From Actinomycetota bacterium (GTDB taxonomy: Bacteria; Actinomycetota; UBA4738), in the NCBI GenBank assembly GCA_005888465.1, contig VAYJ01000004.1:2524-38427 (forward strand): DNA of 35,904 nucleotides, given 5' to 3'. Both the position numbers and the translations under genes were made by a program. The notes under the pieces are model-generated. The model worked only from the letters and a program-made list of their open reading frames with translations. It searched no databases and had not been told where the DNA came from. Positions 1-8,674 of the stretch are shown here, one piece after another; position 1 is the first letter of the stretch, and the number at the start of each line of letters is the position of its first letter.

Positions 1-22
1 GGGGCGCTACGCTCTTCAATCG

Positions 23-892
23 ATGACCGACGAGGAAGAAGGTCGCTCGACTCCACCGCCTCGTATCGTCACGCCAAACCCAGAGGCGCCCACGGCTTCT
101 GAGCCTGCGACACCGTATGCCACCGTCGAGAAAACCGCATCCGATAAGGTAGCAGTTGGTGGGTCTGAAACGCTCACGTCGAAGACTATTGACACGCCCA
201 TCGTTCCGGCGTCGGGCAGCTTAGATACCGAAGGGAGTAAGCCCACGCCCGAGGGCACAGCGTACAAGACCGATCTTGGCAGCGGAAGCTACGAGAGCAA
301 GGGGCCTGATCTTGGAGGAGGACTGACAGCGGCTGATGTGCGAGCCAAGGTTCGTGAGCGTCCCGTCGATGAGATGCTCAATGATCCGCTCCGGGAAGTC
401 ACTCGCAAGGAACGACGTAGCCTCCTTGGCATCAGCGCCATAGCCATGCTGGTGGGATGGACTCATGCTCGCGTAATTCCCTCAAAGATCGAGAACTTCG
501 GTATCAACTTCACCCTACCAGATCGGAGCGTGCTGCTGTGGTTGTTCTTCTGGATTGTCGCCTATTACATCGTCGCCTTCGTCGCCTATGCGGCCACCGA
601 CGCTCTCAAGTACTTCCATACGATGGACGAAGGGGCTAAGACACTCAGAAAGCAGCGAGAAGAGGAAGCCGCCCGTTCTACGTCGCTCAGCGACGCCACT
701 CGGTCGGAAGCTCCGTGGCCACTCCTGCGATATGTGACCTTAATCATCACCTTGGTTATCGCTGGCGTCGCCATGTACTCCCTCTGGGGCGCCGTCCATG
801 ACGTTGTGCCGACCGTCCCAAGCGGGCCAGGAACACCGGGCGACTACCTCAAGGCAGTTCCTTCCAGCCAGGTTGCTACGCGAGTGCATTGA
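23..892 (+). CDS. Hypothetical membrane protein (low-complexity P/T/S/E-rich N-terminus, about 3 hydrophobic segments)
   Basis: 289-aa ORF with hydrophobic stretches SLLGISAIAMLVGW, VLLWLFFWIVAYYIVAFVAYA and LIITLVIAGVAMYSLW. Codon usage looks less GC3-biased than downstream genes. The start is uncertain. Confidence 0.65.
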   Translation: MTDEEEGRSTPPPRIVTPNPEAPTASEPATPYATVEKTASDKVAVGGSETLTSKTIDTPIVPASGSLDTEGSKPTPEGTAYKTDLGSGSYESKGPDLGGGLTAADVRAKVRERPVDEMLNDPLREVTRKERRSLLGISAIAMLVGWTHARVIPSKIENFGINFTLPDRSVLLWLFFWIVAYYIVAFVAYAATDALKYFHTMDEGAKTLRKQREEEAARSTSLSDATRSEAPWPLLRYVTLIITLVIAGVAMYSLWGAVHDVVPTVPSGPGTPGDYLKAVPSSQVATRVH

Positions 893-1081
893 CGATTTGC
901 TACGAGGTCTGCTACGATCCGCTCAGCGCGTGGGAGAAAAGCTCACAAGATTTCAGCGCGTTACGAATAGGCGTGAGAGGGATGGTCGAATCCCTTACCC
1001 TCCACCGCCTCGCGGGACAGAGCCTGCAGTCCTGCCGCTTCGCCTCTAGACCGTCCAGACGGACCTCATGGCGCCTTGTGC

Positions 1082-1107
1082 TGTTCGTAACCGCACGGTT
1101 GTGAACA
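1082..1107. repeat. 26-bp imperfect palindrome, copy 1 (TGTTCGTAACCG-CA-CGGTTGTGAACA)
   Basis: Read directly; arms extend to 1080-1109 (GC...GC). Near-identical copies lie at 22136 and 35593. Confidence 0.9.
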
Positions 1108-1310
1108 GCCCCGGGGGTGTCTTGAATTGCTCATCAGCAGGGACGAACGCCGAGATCAAGACCCGACCGACCGTGAGACCCATAGCGAAAAAGACGGTAC
1201 GGGTGCTGACGCGCGCCTAGCCGTGCTTCCAGGATTGGGCACATGATTCCGTGGGATAATCGCGAGAGCTTCCCGGCCAAAGTACGGACCTTCATCGAAG
1301 GAGACGGACG

Positions 1311-2495
1311 ATGATCGACATCCGCCAGTTAGACCCGATGCGACGGCCGCTCGACGAGGCCAGCCACGCGCCGGGCTGGCTCTACAGCTCGCCTGAGGTA
1401 TACCGCCTCGAGGTCGAGCAACTGTTCATGCGGAGCTGGCTCTTCGTCGGTCGCGAGGAGGAATTGCCTGGGGCCGGCGACTACCTGACGCTCCGCATCG
1501 CCGGCGAGCCGGTCGTGGTCGCCCGCACGCCGGAAGGGACCCTCAACGCCTTCTACAATATGTGCGTGCATCGCGGGGTGGAGGTGGCCCAGGGCTGCGG
1601 CAACGCCCACTCGTTCAAGTGCCCCTACCACGGCTGGATCTACGACCTCTCGGGGCGGCTCTCGGGCGCCGCCTACATGAAGGACAGCAAAGGCTTCGAG
1701 CGCGACCGCGAGCGGATGACGCCGTTGCGCCTGGACACGTGGGGCGGCTGCATCTTCGTGACCTTCGCCGCCGACGCCCCGCCGCTCGCCGAGTTCGTGG
1801 GGGGATGGGAGAAGGACTTCGCCTTCCTGCGCCCGGACAACTGCCGGCTGGGCAACCGCATCGACCTCGACCTGGCCTGCAACTGGAAGTTCGTGCCCGA
1901 GAACCTGATGGACTTCTACCATGTGGGCGTGCTGCACGCGAACACGTTCGGCGCCAAGTTCCGATGGGAGGACGAGCAGGTGCACCTGAAGCCCGGGGGC
2001 GGCATCTCGATCTTCTACAGCGCGGGACCGCCCACCCCTGGAGCCCAGCCCTTGCTCGGCAAGATGCCGTGGCTGGAAGACCGTCCCATCAGCTTCGCCT
2101 GCACGGGGTTTCTGTCGCCGAACTGCTCGCTGTTCGGCCGCATCGACTGCGTGCGGATGTTCGCGGCGTGGCCGGACGGCCCCGGCCGCTCGCGCACGAC
2201 CATCTATCACCTGTTCCCCGAGGAGTTCTTCGGCCGCCCCGGGTTCCGTGAGAAGCTCGAGGTCTACCGGGCCTACCAGCTCCAGGTGCTCGAAGAGGAT
2301 CGCTCGATGCTCGAATCGATGCAGATTGCCATGGCGTCGCCGGCCTACCGACCGGGCCGCATGTCCACGCTCGAAAAGCCTCTCCACCACTACCTGAACG
2401 GCTACGTCGACCGGCTCTTCGGAGGTAACGGTGCGGAGGTCGGCGAGCGCGAGGCACGCATGACGCGGCGGACAGCCGGCGGAGTCGCCCCATAA
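1311..2495 (+). CDS. Rieske non-heme iron oxygenase alpha subunit (choline monooxygenase / ring-hydroxylating family)
   Basis: Rieske ligands CVH...CPYH; mononuclear Fe motif NWK..ENLMDFYHVGVLH with a distal Asp in EED; GAAGGAG RBS just upstream. Confidence 0.93.
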   Translation: MIDIRQLDPMRRPLDEASHAPGWLYSSPEVYRLEVEQLFMRSWLFVGREEELPGAGDYLTLRIAGEPVVVARTPEGTLNAFYNMCVHRGVEVAQGCGNAHSFKCPYHGWIYDLSGRLSGAAYMKDSKGFERDRERMTPLRLDTWGGCIFVTFAADAPPLAEFVGGWEKDFAFLRPDNCRLGNRIDLDLACNWKFVPENLMDFYHVGVLHANTFGAKFRWEDEQVHLKPGGGISIFYSAGPPTPGAQPLLGKMPWLEDRPISFACTGFLSPNCSLFGRIDCVRMFAAWPDGPGRSRTTIYHLFPEEFFGRPGFREKLEVYRAYQLQVLEEDRSMLESMQIAMASPAYRPGRMSTLEKPLHHYLNGYVDRLFGGNGAEVGEREARMTRRTAGGVAP

Positions 2496-2548
2496 GTGCC
2501 CGTGGCGTCATCCCGCCCGCCGAACTCGCGGCCGCAGCCGACGTCCTT

Positions 2549-3547
2549 GTGCGCGACTACATGGCTGTCCGGCCGGGCGAGGACGTGCTGATCACCGCCG
2601 ATACCGCCACCGATCACGCTCTCATCCAGGTACTGACGACGGCCGTCGCCCAGGCGGACGCGCGGGGCTCTGTGCTGACGATTCCGCGCCTGCCATTCCA
2701 AGGCAAGCTCGCCGACCCCTACGTGCCGCAGGTGATTGATGGTGCGGCCCGAGGCTGCACGGTGTGGATCGATCTCACGTTCCCGTACCTGGCCGGCGCC
2801 CGCGTGTGCGACGAGGCCGTGCACGATGGCGGCGTGCGGTACCTACTCGGCGGCGACATGGGGGCGGCCGGCCTCGCCCGTCTCTTCGGCGGCGTCGACC
2901 TCGACGTCTATTATGCTGTCCACAAGGCCTTCGACGAAGCGACAGCGGCCGCCGTCGATCGCCCGGTGCGCATCACAGACGGCCTCGGCAGTGACGTCAC
3001 GTTTACCCTGGCCAAGCCCGCCTTTACCAAGCCGCGGCGGGCCCACCAGCCCGGCCTCTACTTCGTGCCGGGCTCGTGCACGATGTTCCCGAGTCCCGAG
3101 TCGGTCCAAGGCGTGTTGCACGTGGTGGCCAGCTTTCACGAATACTACGCGCGTTTCTCGGAGCCCGCCCGGCTCGTGATCGACGGGCGCATCCGGGAGG
3201 TCAGCGGGGGAGGCGCCGCGCGCGGTGCCTTGCAGCGCGCGCTACGGCGGGCGGCCGGCGGTGACTACGGCCACGTTATCCACTTCACCCACGGTATCCA
3301 TCCCGCGGCGCGGGTGACGGGTGAGTCGTTCATCGAAGACATGCGGGCGACGGGCAACGACGCCGTCGGGCTCGGCGTCCCGTTCTGGCTACCTGGCGGC
3401 GGCGAGAACCATCCCGACGCCATCCTCAGCCAGCAGTCGCTCTGGATCGACGGCCGCCCGGTGGTGCAGGATGGGGTCATCATCGCGCCTGCGCCACTCG
3501 CGACGCTCGCCGCCACGCTCGTGCCAAAGATCGGAGCCGGCCGATGA
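2549..3547 (+). CDS. Divergent M29 metallopeptidase-fold / NicX-like protein
   Basis: N-terminal VRPGEDVLITAD; C-terminal HFTHG...ENHPD..LWIDG..VVQDG matches the M29/NicX pattern of His plus His-x-Asp. Coding-like sequence continues upstream of 2549, so the start is uncertain. Confidence 0.7.
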   Translation: MRDYMAVRPGEDVLITADTATDHALIQVLTTAVAQADARGSVLTIPRLPFQGKLADPYVPQVIDGAARGCTVWIDLTFPYLAGARVCDEAVHDGGVRYLLGGDMGAAGLARLFGGVDLDVYYAVHKAFDEATAAAVDRPVRITDGLGSDVTFTLAKPAFTKPRRAHQPGLYFVPGSCTMFPSPESVQGVLHVVASFHEYYARFSEPARLVIDGRIREVSGGGAARGALQRALRRAAGGDYGHVIHFTHGIHPAARVTGESFIEDMRATGNDAVGLGVPFWLPGGGENHPDAILSQQSLWIDGRPVVQDGVIIAPAPLATLAATLVPKIGAGR

Positions 3548-4317
3548 TCGAGGTCCAGGGCGTCCACAAGATGTTCGACCTTGCCGACGGGGGCACCTAC
3601 GCGCTACGCGACGTGAGCTTCGACGTCCACGAGGGCGAGTTGGTCTCGCTCATCGGGCCCAGTGGCTGCGGCAAGACCACGCTGCTCTACTGCATCAGCG
3701 GACTCGAGCCCCTCGTGGAGGGCCGCATTCTTCTCGACGGTCGACCAGTGGAGGGCCCGCGCAGCGGCGAGGTGGGTTTGATCTTCCAGAAGGCGGTGCT
3801 ACTCGGCTGGCGCACGGTGATGGACAACGTGCTGTTGCCCATCGAGGTCTTCGGCCGGTCGCGGGCGAGCTACGCGAGCCGCGCCATGGAGCTGATCGAC
3901 TTTGTCGGCCTCACCGGCTTCGCTGACTACCTTCCCGGCAAGCTGTCGGGCGGCATGCAACAGCGCGCGGCCATCGTGCGATCGCTGATCTTCGAGCCCC
4001 GCGTGCTCCTGATGGACGAGCCATTTGGCGCTCTCGACGCGCAGACGCGTGAGCACATGAACATGTTGCTGCTACGCGTGTGGGAAGCAACGCGCAAGAC
4101 CATCGTCTTCGTCACCCACGACCTCGAGGAGGCCGCCTTCCTTTCCGACCGTGTCGTGGTGCTGACAGCGCGGCCGGGCACCGTGCGCGAGATCGTGGAC
4201 GTGCCGCTGCCGCGGCCCCGCACTATACAGATGCGCTACTCGGAGGACTTCGTCCGGCTCGCCCGCCGGCTGCGCGGACTACTGGACGTGGTTCTGTCGC
4301 CGGCCGCCATCGGGTAG
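3544..4317 (+). CDS. ABC transporter ATP-binding protein, TauB/SsuB/NrtD type
   Basis: Walker A GPSGCGKT, signature LSGGMQQR, Walker B LLMDEPFGALD, H-loop VTHD; ATGA overlap with the upstream gene. Confidence 0.95.
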   Translation: MIEVQGVHKMFDLADGGTYALRDVSFDVHEGELVSLIGPSGCGKTTLLYCISGLEPLVEGRILLDGRPVEGPRSGEVGLIFQKAVLLGWRTVMDNVLLPIEVFGRSRASYASRAMELIDFVGLTGFADYLPGKLSGGMQQRAAIVRSLIFEPRVLLMDEPFGALDAQTREHMNMLLLRVWEATRKTIVFVTHDLEEAAFLSDRVVVLTARPGTVREIVDVPLPRPRTIQMRYSEDFVRLARRLRGLLDVVLSPAAIG

Positions 4318-4327
4318 AGGCGCCTGC

Positions 4328-5206
4328 GTGGCCCAGCGCGCCGCTGAGATATCGCCGCTGACAGTGGGCGACGATCTCCACCTCGCCGTCGACGCCGCCC
4401 GCCGCGCCCGGCGCCGACGCCGTCGGCGCGACGCTCTCATCCTCAACGCCACCCGGACCGCTGTGCTGGTGGCAGCGCTGCTGGTGTGGCACCTGGCCTC
4501 GCTGGCCACTTCGCCGCTGATTCTGCCCGCGCCAGCCTTGGTGGCCGCCCAGCTCGTCCAAAGCTGGGGATTGATCGCGACGAACCTGTGGATCACGCTC
4601 GCCGAGATCGTACTGGGCTTCGTGGCGGGCAGCGCCATCGGCTTCGTCACCGGCACCGTCATCGCGCACTCGCGCCGGCTCGATGGGGTCCTGCGCCCAT
4701 ACATCGCGACCTCACAGGCCGTGCCCAAGGCTGCGCTGGCGCCGCTCTTCGTGCTCTGGCTCGGCTTTGGGCTCGGGCCCAAGGTCACCATCGCTGCCCT
4801 CATCTCGTTCTTCCCACTGCTGGAGAACACGATCGTGGGCCTGCGCCGCGTCGATCCCGACGCGCTCAAGCTGTTTGCGTCGCTCGGCGCCAGCCCCTGG
4901 CAGGTATTCGTCAAGCTGCGCCTGCCCCACGGACTGCCCTACATCCTGACGGGGCTCAAGGTGGGCGTCGTGTTCGCCACCGTGGGCGCCGTTATCGCGG
5001 AATTCGTGACCGCCAACAAGGGCCTGGGGGCTGTGATCATGCAGGCCCAGGGCAACTTCGACACCCGGCTGATGTTCGCCGTCATCATCGTGCTAACCGT
5101 GATGGGGGTGCTCCTTTACGAGGTGGTGCAGCAGGTGGAGCGGAGGGTGCTGCGCGCCTGGAACCTCGGCGAGGGGGAGCTCGATAACCGCCACACCGGG
5201 ACGTGA
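4328..5206 (+). CDS. ABC transporter permease, TauC/SsuC type
   Basis: Multiple TM helices, VPKAALAPLFVLWLG, EAA-like loop SLGASPWQVFVKLRLP, AEF...GLG. Confidence 0.93.
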   Translation: MAQRAAEISPLTVGDDLHLAVDAARRARRRRRRRDALILNATRTAVLVAALLVWHLASLATSPLILPAPALVAAQLVQSWGLIATNLWITLAEIVLGFVAGSAIGFVTGTVIAHSRRLDGVLRPYIATSQAVPKAALAPLFVLWLGFGLGPKVTIAALISFFPLLENTIVGLRRVDPDALKLFASLGASPWQVFVKLRLPHGLPYILTGLKVGVVFATVGAVIAEFVTANKGLGAVIMQAQGNFDTRLMFAVIIVLTVMGVLLYEVVQQVERRVLRAWNLGEGELDNRHTGT

Positions 5207-5255
5207 TGGACAATCGCCCGCCGACATCGTGATCGGCGAAAAGGGAGCCTAACCG

Positions 5256-6278
5256 ATGAGACGCCGCCTGCTGCTCGCCACCGTCGTGCTGTCGCTCGGC
5301 GCGCTCCTGGTGCCCGCCGTCGCCCCGCGGGCGCAGGTCCGGCCCAAGGTCCGCTACGTGCGACCGTTCCCGCCTGACGTCAGCATCGCGTGGTACTACG
5401 TGGCTCTCGACAAGGGCTACTTCCGCGACGCTGGCATCGAGACCGACATCGTGGTGGGCACGCTCGGTTCCGGGGGCGCGCTGCAGCAGGTCATCGCTGG
5501 CGCCGGCGAGTTCGCCAGCGGGCCGCCCGACGCCATGCTGAACGCAAACGCCCAGGGGGAACCGCTCGTGGGCTTCTGGCAGTGGATCAAGGTCGGGATC
5601 TTCGGCATCCAGGCCCGGAAGGATCGCGGCATCACCCGGATCGAGGACCTGAAGGGTAAGACCATCGGCGTGCTCGGGATGGCCAGCGCTACCCGCTACG
5701 CCCCCCTCATGATGCTGGCTCGCTCGGGCCTGAAGGAGGGCGACGTCAACATGGTTGTCCTCGGCGGCGGCGGTGCCGCCTACGGCCCCGCCCTCGCGCG
5801 CGGCCAGGTCGACGCGCTGGGCACCTGGGATGTACCGAAGTGGGTGGTGGAGACGACGGCAGGTGACGCGGCCTTCCGCACTCAGCTCGTCTACTTCCCG
5901 GCCTCCGACTACCTACCCGACATCTTCACCACCACGAAGAAGTACTACGACACGAACAAGGAGAATCTCGTGAAGTTCCTGGTGGCCATGCAGCGGGCCA
6001 ACGTCGATGTCGTCCGCGATATCGACGCCGCTGTGAAGATCACCGGGAAGTACTTGCCCACCGTGGCCAGTGCCGACCAGGCCGTCATGCGAAAGACCGT
6101 CGAGATCCGGGCGAGCTCACTGTCGCCGGACGGCCGCTTCGACTACGCAGCTTACGAGCGGGCCCTCCCGCTCTACAAGGAGGTCGGGCTCGTGAAGGCC
6201 GACCCGCAGGCCTTCAAGCTGCGCGAAATCCTTAGCAATGAGCTGGCGGAGTTGGTACAGAAGCAGCTCGCTCGCTGA
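5256..6278 (+). CDS. ABC substrate-binding protein, NMT1/THI5/SsuA family
   Basis: Sec-type signal peptide (MRRRLLLATVVLSLGALL...PRA); YVALDKGYF..AGIE and EDLKGKTIGV motifs. Confidence 0.92.
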   Translation: MRRRLLLATVVLSLGALLVPAVAPRAQVRPKVRYVRPFPPDVSIAWYYVALDKGYFRDAGIETDIVVGTLGSGGALQQVIAGAGEFASGPPDAMLNANAQGEPLVGFWQWIKVGIFGIQARKDRGITRIEDLKGKTIGVLGMASATRYAPLMMLARSGLKEGDVNMVVLGGGGAAYGPALARGQVDALGTWDVPKWVVETTAGDAAFRTQLVYFPASDYLPDIFTTTKKYYDTNKENLVKFLVAMQRANVDVVRDIDAAVKITGKYLPTVASADQAVMRKTVEIRASSLSPDGRFDYAAYERALPLYKEVGLVKADPQAFKLREILSNELAELVQKQLAR

Positions 6279-8583
6279 CGCTGGCCCGCAGGGGGCAGAA
6301 GCGGTGGAGGTTCACGGGCAGGCTCGTGATCTCGACCTCGGGGCCCAGGGCGTGAGCAACCGCGTTAGCCAGCGCAGCACCGGCGCCCGATGTGCCCGTC
6401 TCGCCCACGCCTTTGACGCCAAGCGGGTTGGAGGTGACGCCGCCTTCCTCCAGGATGAGGACGTCGATCGACGGCACGCTGTCGGCGCGCGGTAGTGCGT
6501 AGTCCATGAGCGTGCCGGTCAGCAGCTGGCCGTCGGCGTCGTAGACCAGCTCCTGGAGCAGCGCCCCGCCCAGCCCGTGCACAACGCCGCCCACGAGCTG
6601 CCCCTCCACGAGCAGGGGATTGATGGCGCGGCCCACGTCGCACACGAGCACGTAGCGTAGGGGCGTCACCATCCCCGTCTGGGTGTCGACGGCCACCAGG
6701 GCGATGTGCACGGAGAACGAGAAGGTCATCTCGCTGGTGCGGTGGTACTCGAAGGCGTCGAGCGGCGCCACCAGGTCCGGTGCGATTGGCACAGCTGGCG
6801 GGGCCACCATTGCTGCCACGTCGCGCAGCGTGCAGCCATGGGCGGGTGAGCCGGTCACGGAGATATGCCCGTCCTTGACGACTAGGTCAGCCGGGCTCGC
6901 CTCCAGATGCGCGGCCGCCGCGCGCAGGATCTTGTCCTTCACGCGCTGCGCGGCTCGGTAGACGGCGCTGCCCGCCATGACCGTGGTGCGCGACGCGTAG
7001 GTGCCCTCGCCGTACGGCATGAGGCCGGTATCGCCGAGGTGGACCACCACGTCGCAGTGAGGGACGTCAAGAACGTCGGCGCAGATCTGGGCGAGTGTGG
7101 TGGCCTGCCCCTGCCCCTGGGAGCCGGCGCCCGTGTAGATGTGGACTTTGCCGGAGAGGCCAAGCTCGACGCGCGCGGTCTCGAACGGGCCGCGCCCGCT
7201 CGGCTCCGCGAAACACGTGAGTCCGACACCAAGCCGGATGGTACTGCCGCCGGCGTTGGCCTCGCGGCAGCGCACGAGCAGGCCTGCGTAGTCGGCGTGC
7301 GCGAGCGCTCGCTCGAAGATGTCGGGGAAGTCGCCGCTATCGAAGACGACGGGCACGCTCGCGCTGGCGGCGCCAACGCGATAGGGCATCTGCTCGCGCC
7401 GAACGAGATTCCGCCGGCGCATCTCGGCTGGGTCCAGCCCGAGCTCGGCGGCAAGCAGGTCGAACGCGCGCTCGCGCACGAAGCCAACCTCGAAGAGGCC
7501 AGGACCCCGTAGAGTCCCCGTGGGTGTCTTGTTCGTCATCACGCACGATACCCGACAGCGGTAGTGCGCGACGTGGTATGGGCCGGGCACGTGCGCGGCC
7601 GACGAGCTCGGCACCATGGTGCCGTGGGTGCGGATGTAGGCGCCCATGTCGTTGACGAAGGCGGCATCGATGGCGAGCAGGCGGCCGTCGCCGTCCGTGG
7701 CCAGGGTCAGGTCCCAATGCTGTTCGCGGGAGTGGTTGGTGGTCAGGAGGTGCTCGCGGCGGTCCTCGATCCAGCGCACCGGCCGGCCGAGCCGGCGCGC
7801 CAGGTAGGGAACGAGGAAGTCCTCGGGATAGAACTCGCCGCGGGCGCCGAAGCCGCCGCCCACGTCGCCCTCGATGAAGCGGATCTGGTCCTCGCCGATG
7901 TCCAGCAGGTCGGCCAGCACGCGCCGGTTGAAGTACGGAACCTTGGTCACACCCCACATCGTCATAGTCTCGCGACCGGCGTCCCACTCGGCAAGGAGAC
8001 CCCGGGTCTCCATGGGCAGCGCGGTGTCGCGGCCCACCGTGAACGTGCGGCGGAACACGCGCGGGGCGGCCCGGACGATGGTGTCGACGTCACCGAAGTT
8101 GACGACCCACGTGGAGGCCAGGTTGCCGTCGGCGTGAAGCGTTGGCGATCCCGGACGCATGGCCCCGAGCGCGTCGACCACAGCCGGCAGGGGTGCGTAG
8201 TCGACCTTGATAAGATCGCGTGCGTCCTCGGCCACGTACGCGTCGGTGGCGACGACTACGGCCACCGGTTCGCCGACGTAGCGCACGGTGTCGAAGGCGA
8301 GCGGTGTCTGCAGGTAACGATCCAACTCGGGGCGCCCGGCCATGCGTATCGGGATCACGCCTAGACGCGGGATGACGTCGTCGAAAGTGAGACAGTTGAG
8401 CACGCCGGGAACCGCGCGCGCTGCCCGCGTATCGATGCGCGCGATGCGGGCATGGGCGTGGGGGCTACGCACGACCACTGCGCTCACCATGCCGGGACGC
8501 CGGAGATCAGCCACGAACCGCCCGCCACCGGTGAGGAGTTGACGGTCCTCTACGCGCTTGATGCTCGCTCCGATCAGCTTCAC
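6232..8583 (-). CDS. Xanthine dehydrogenase family molybdopterin-binding large subunit (CoxL/CutL-like; no CO-dehydrogenase motif)
   Basis: Start re-called at GTG 8583 (GGAGGGGG RBS; KLIGASIKRVED). Motifs RSPHAHA, GGGFG, LRGPG, SQGQG, ASRT, DYALP and KGVGE. The 3' end overlaps the convergent SBP gene by 47 bp. Confidence 0.93.
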   Translation of the reverse strand: MKLIGASIKRVEDRQLLTGGGRFVADLRRPGMVSAVVVRSPHAHARIARIDTRAARAVPGVLNCLTFDDVIPRLGVIPIRMAGRPELDRYLQTPLAFDTVRYVGEPVAVVVATDAYVAEDARDLIKVDYAPLPAVVDALGAMRPGSPTLHADGNLASTWVVNFGDVDTIVRAAPRVFRRTFTVGRDTALPMETRGLLAEWDAGRETMTMWGVTKVPYFNRRVLADLLDIGEDQIRFIEGDVGGGFGARGEFYPEDFLVPYLARRLGRPVRWIEDRREHLLTTNHSREQHWDLTLATDGDGRLLAIDAAFVNDMGAYIRTHGTMVPSSSAAHVPGPYHVAHYRCRVSCVMTNKTPTGTLRGPGLFEVGFVRERAFDLLAAELGLDPAEMRRRNLVRREQMPYRVGAASASVPVVFDSGDFPDIFERALAHADYAGLLVRCREANAGGSTIRLGVGLTCFAEPSGRGPFETARVELGLSGKVHIYTGAGSQGQGQATTLAQICADVLDVPHCDVVVHLGDTGLMPYGEGTYASRTTVMAGSAVYRAAQRVKDKILRAAAAHLEASPADLVVKDGHISVTGSPAHGCTLRDVAAMVAPPAVPIAPDLVAPLDAFEYHRTSEMTFSFSVHIALVAVDTQTGMVTPLRYVLVCDVGRAINPLLVEGQLVGGVVHGLGGALLQELVYDADGQLLTGTLMDYALPRADSVPSIDVLILEEGGVTSNPLGVKGVGETGTSGAGAALANAVAHALGPEVEITSLPVNLHRFCPLRASVSERAASVPTPPAHC

Positions 8584-8622
8584 TCGACGCCCCCCTCCCG
8601 GCGCGACCGTCGGGCCCTCGCG

Positions 8623-8632
8623 AGTATATACT
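8623..8632. promoter_or_regulatory. Palindrome AGTATATACT in a divergent intergenic region (TATACT -10 on both strands, or an operator)
   Basis: Perfect 10-bp AT-rich palindrome in the 91-bp gap between divergent starts at 8583 and 8675. Confidence 0.45.
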
Positions 8633-8674
8633 GGGCGGGTTCGAAACCGCCTGGAGACACAGTGAAGGAGACGG

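Noticed and set aside
4395-4432. Poly-arginine run in the permease N-terminus as a Tat signal or repeat
   Set aside because: No S/T-R-R-x-F-L-K motif; basic runs before TM1 are common in high-GC TauC-type permeases.
6232-8583. Aerobic CO dehydrogenase (coxL)
   Set aside because: The active-site loop is GTLRGPG, not AYxCSFR, and there are no cox accessory genes.
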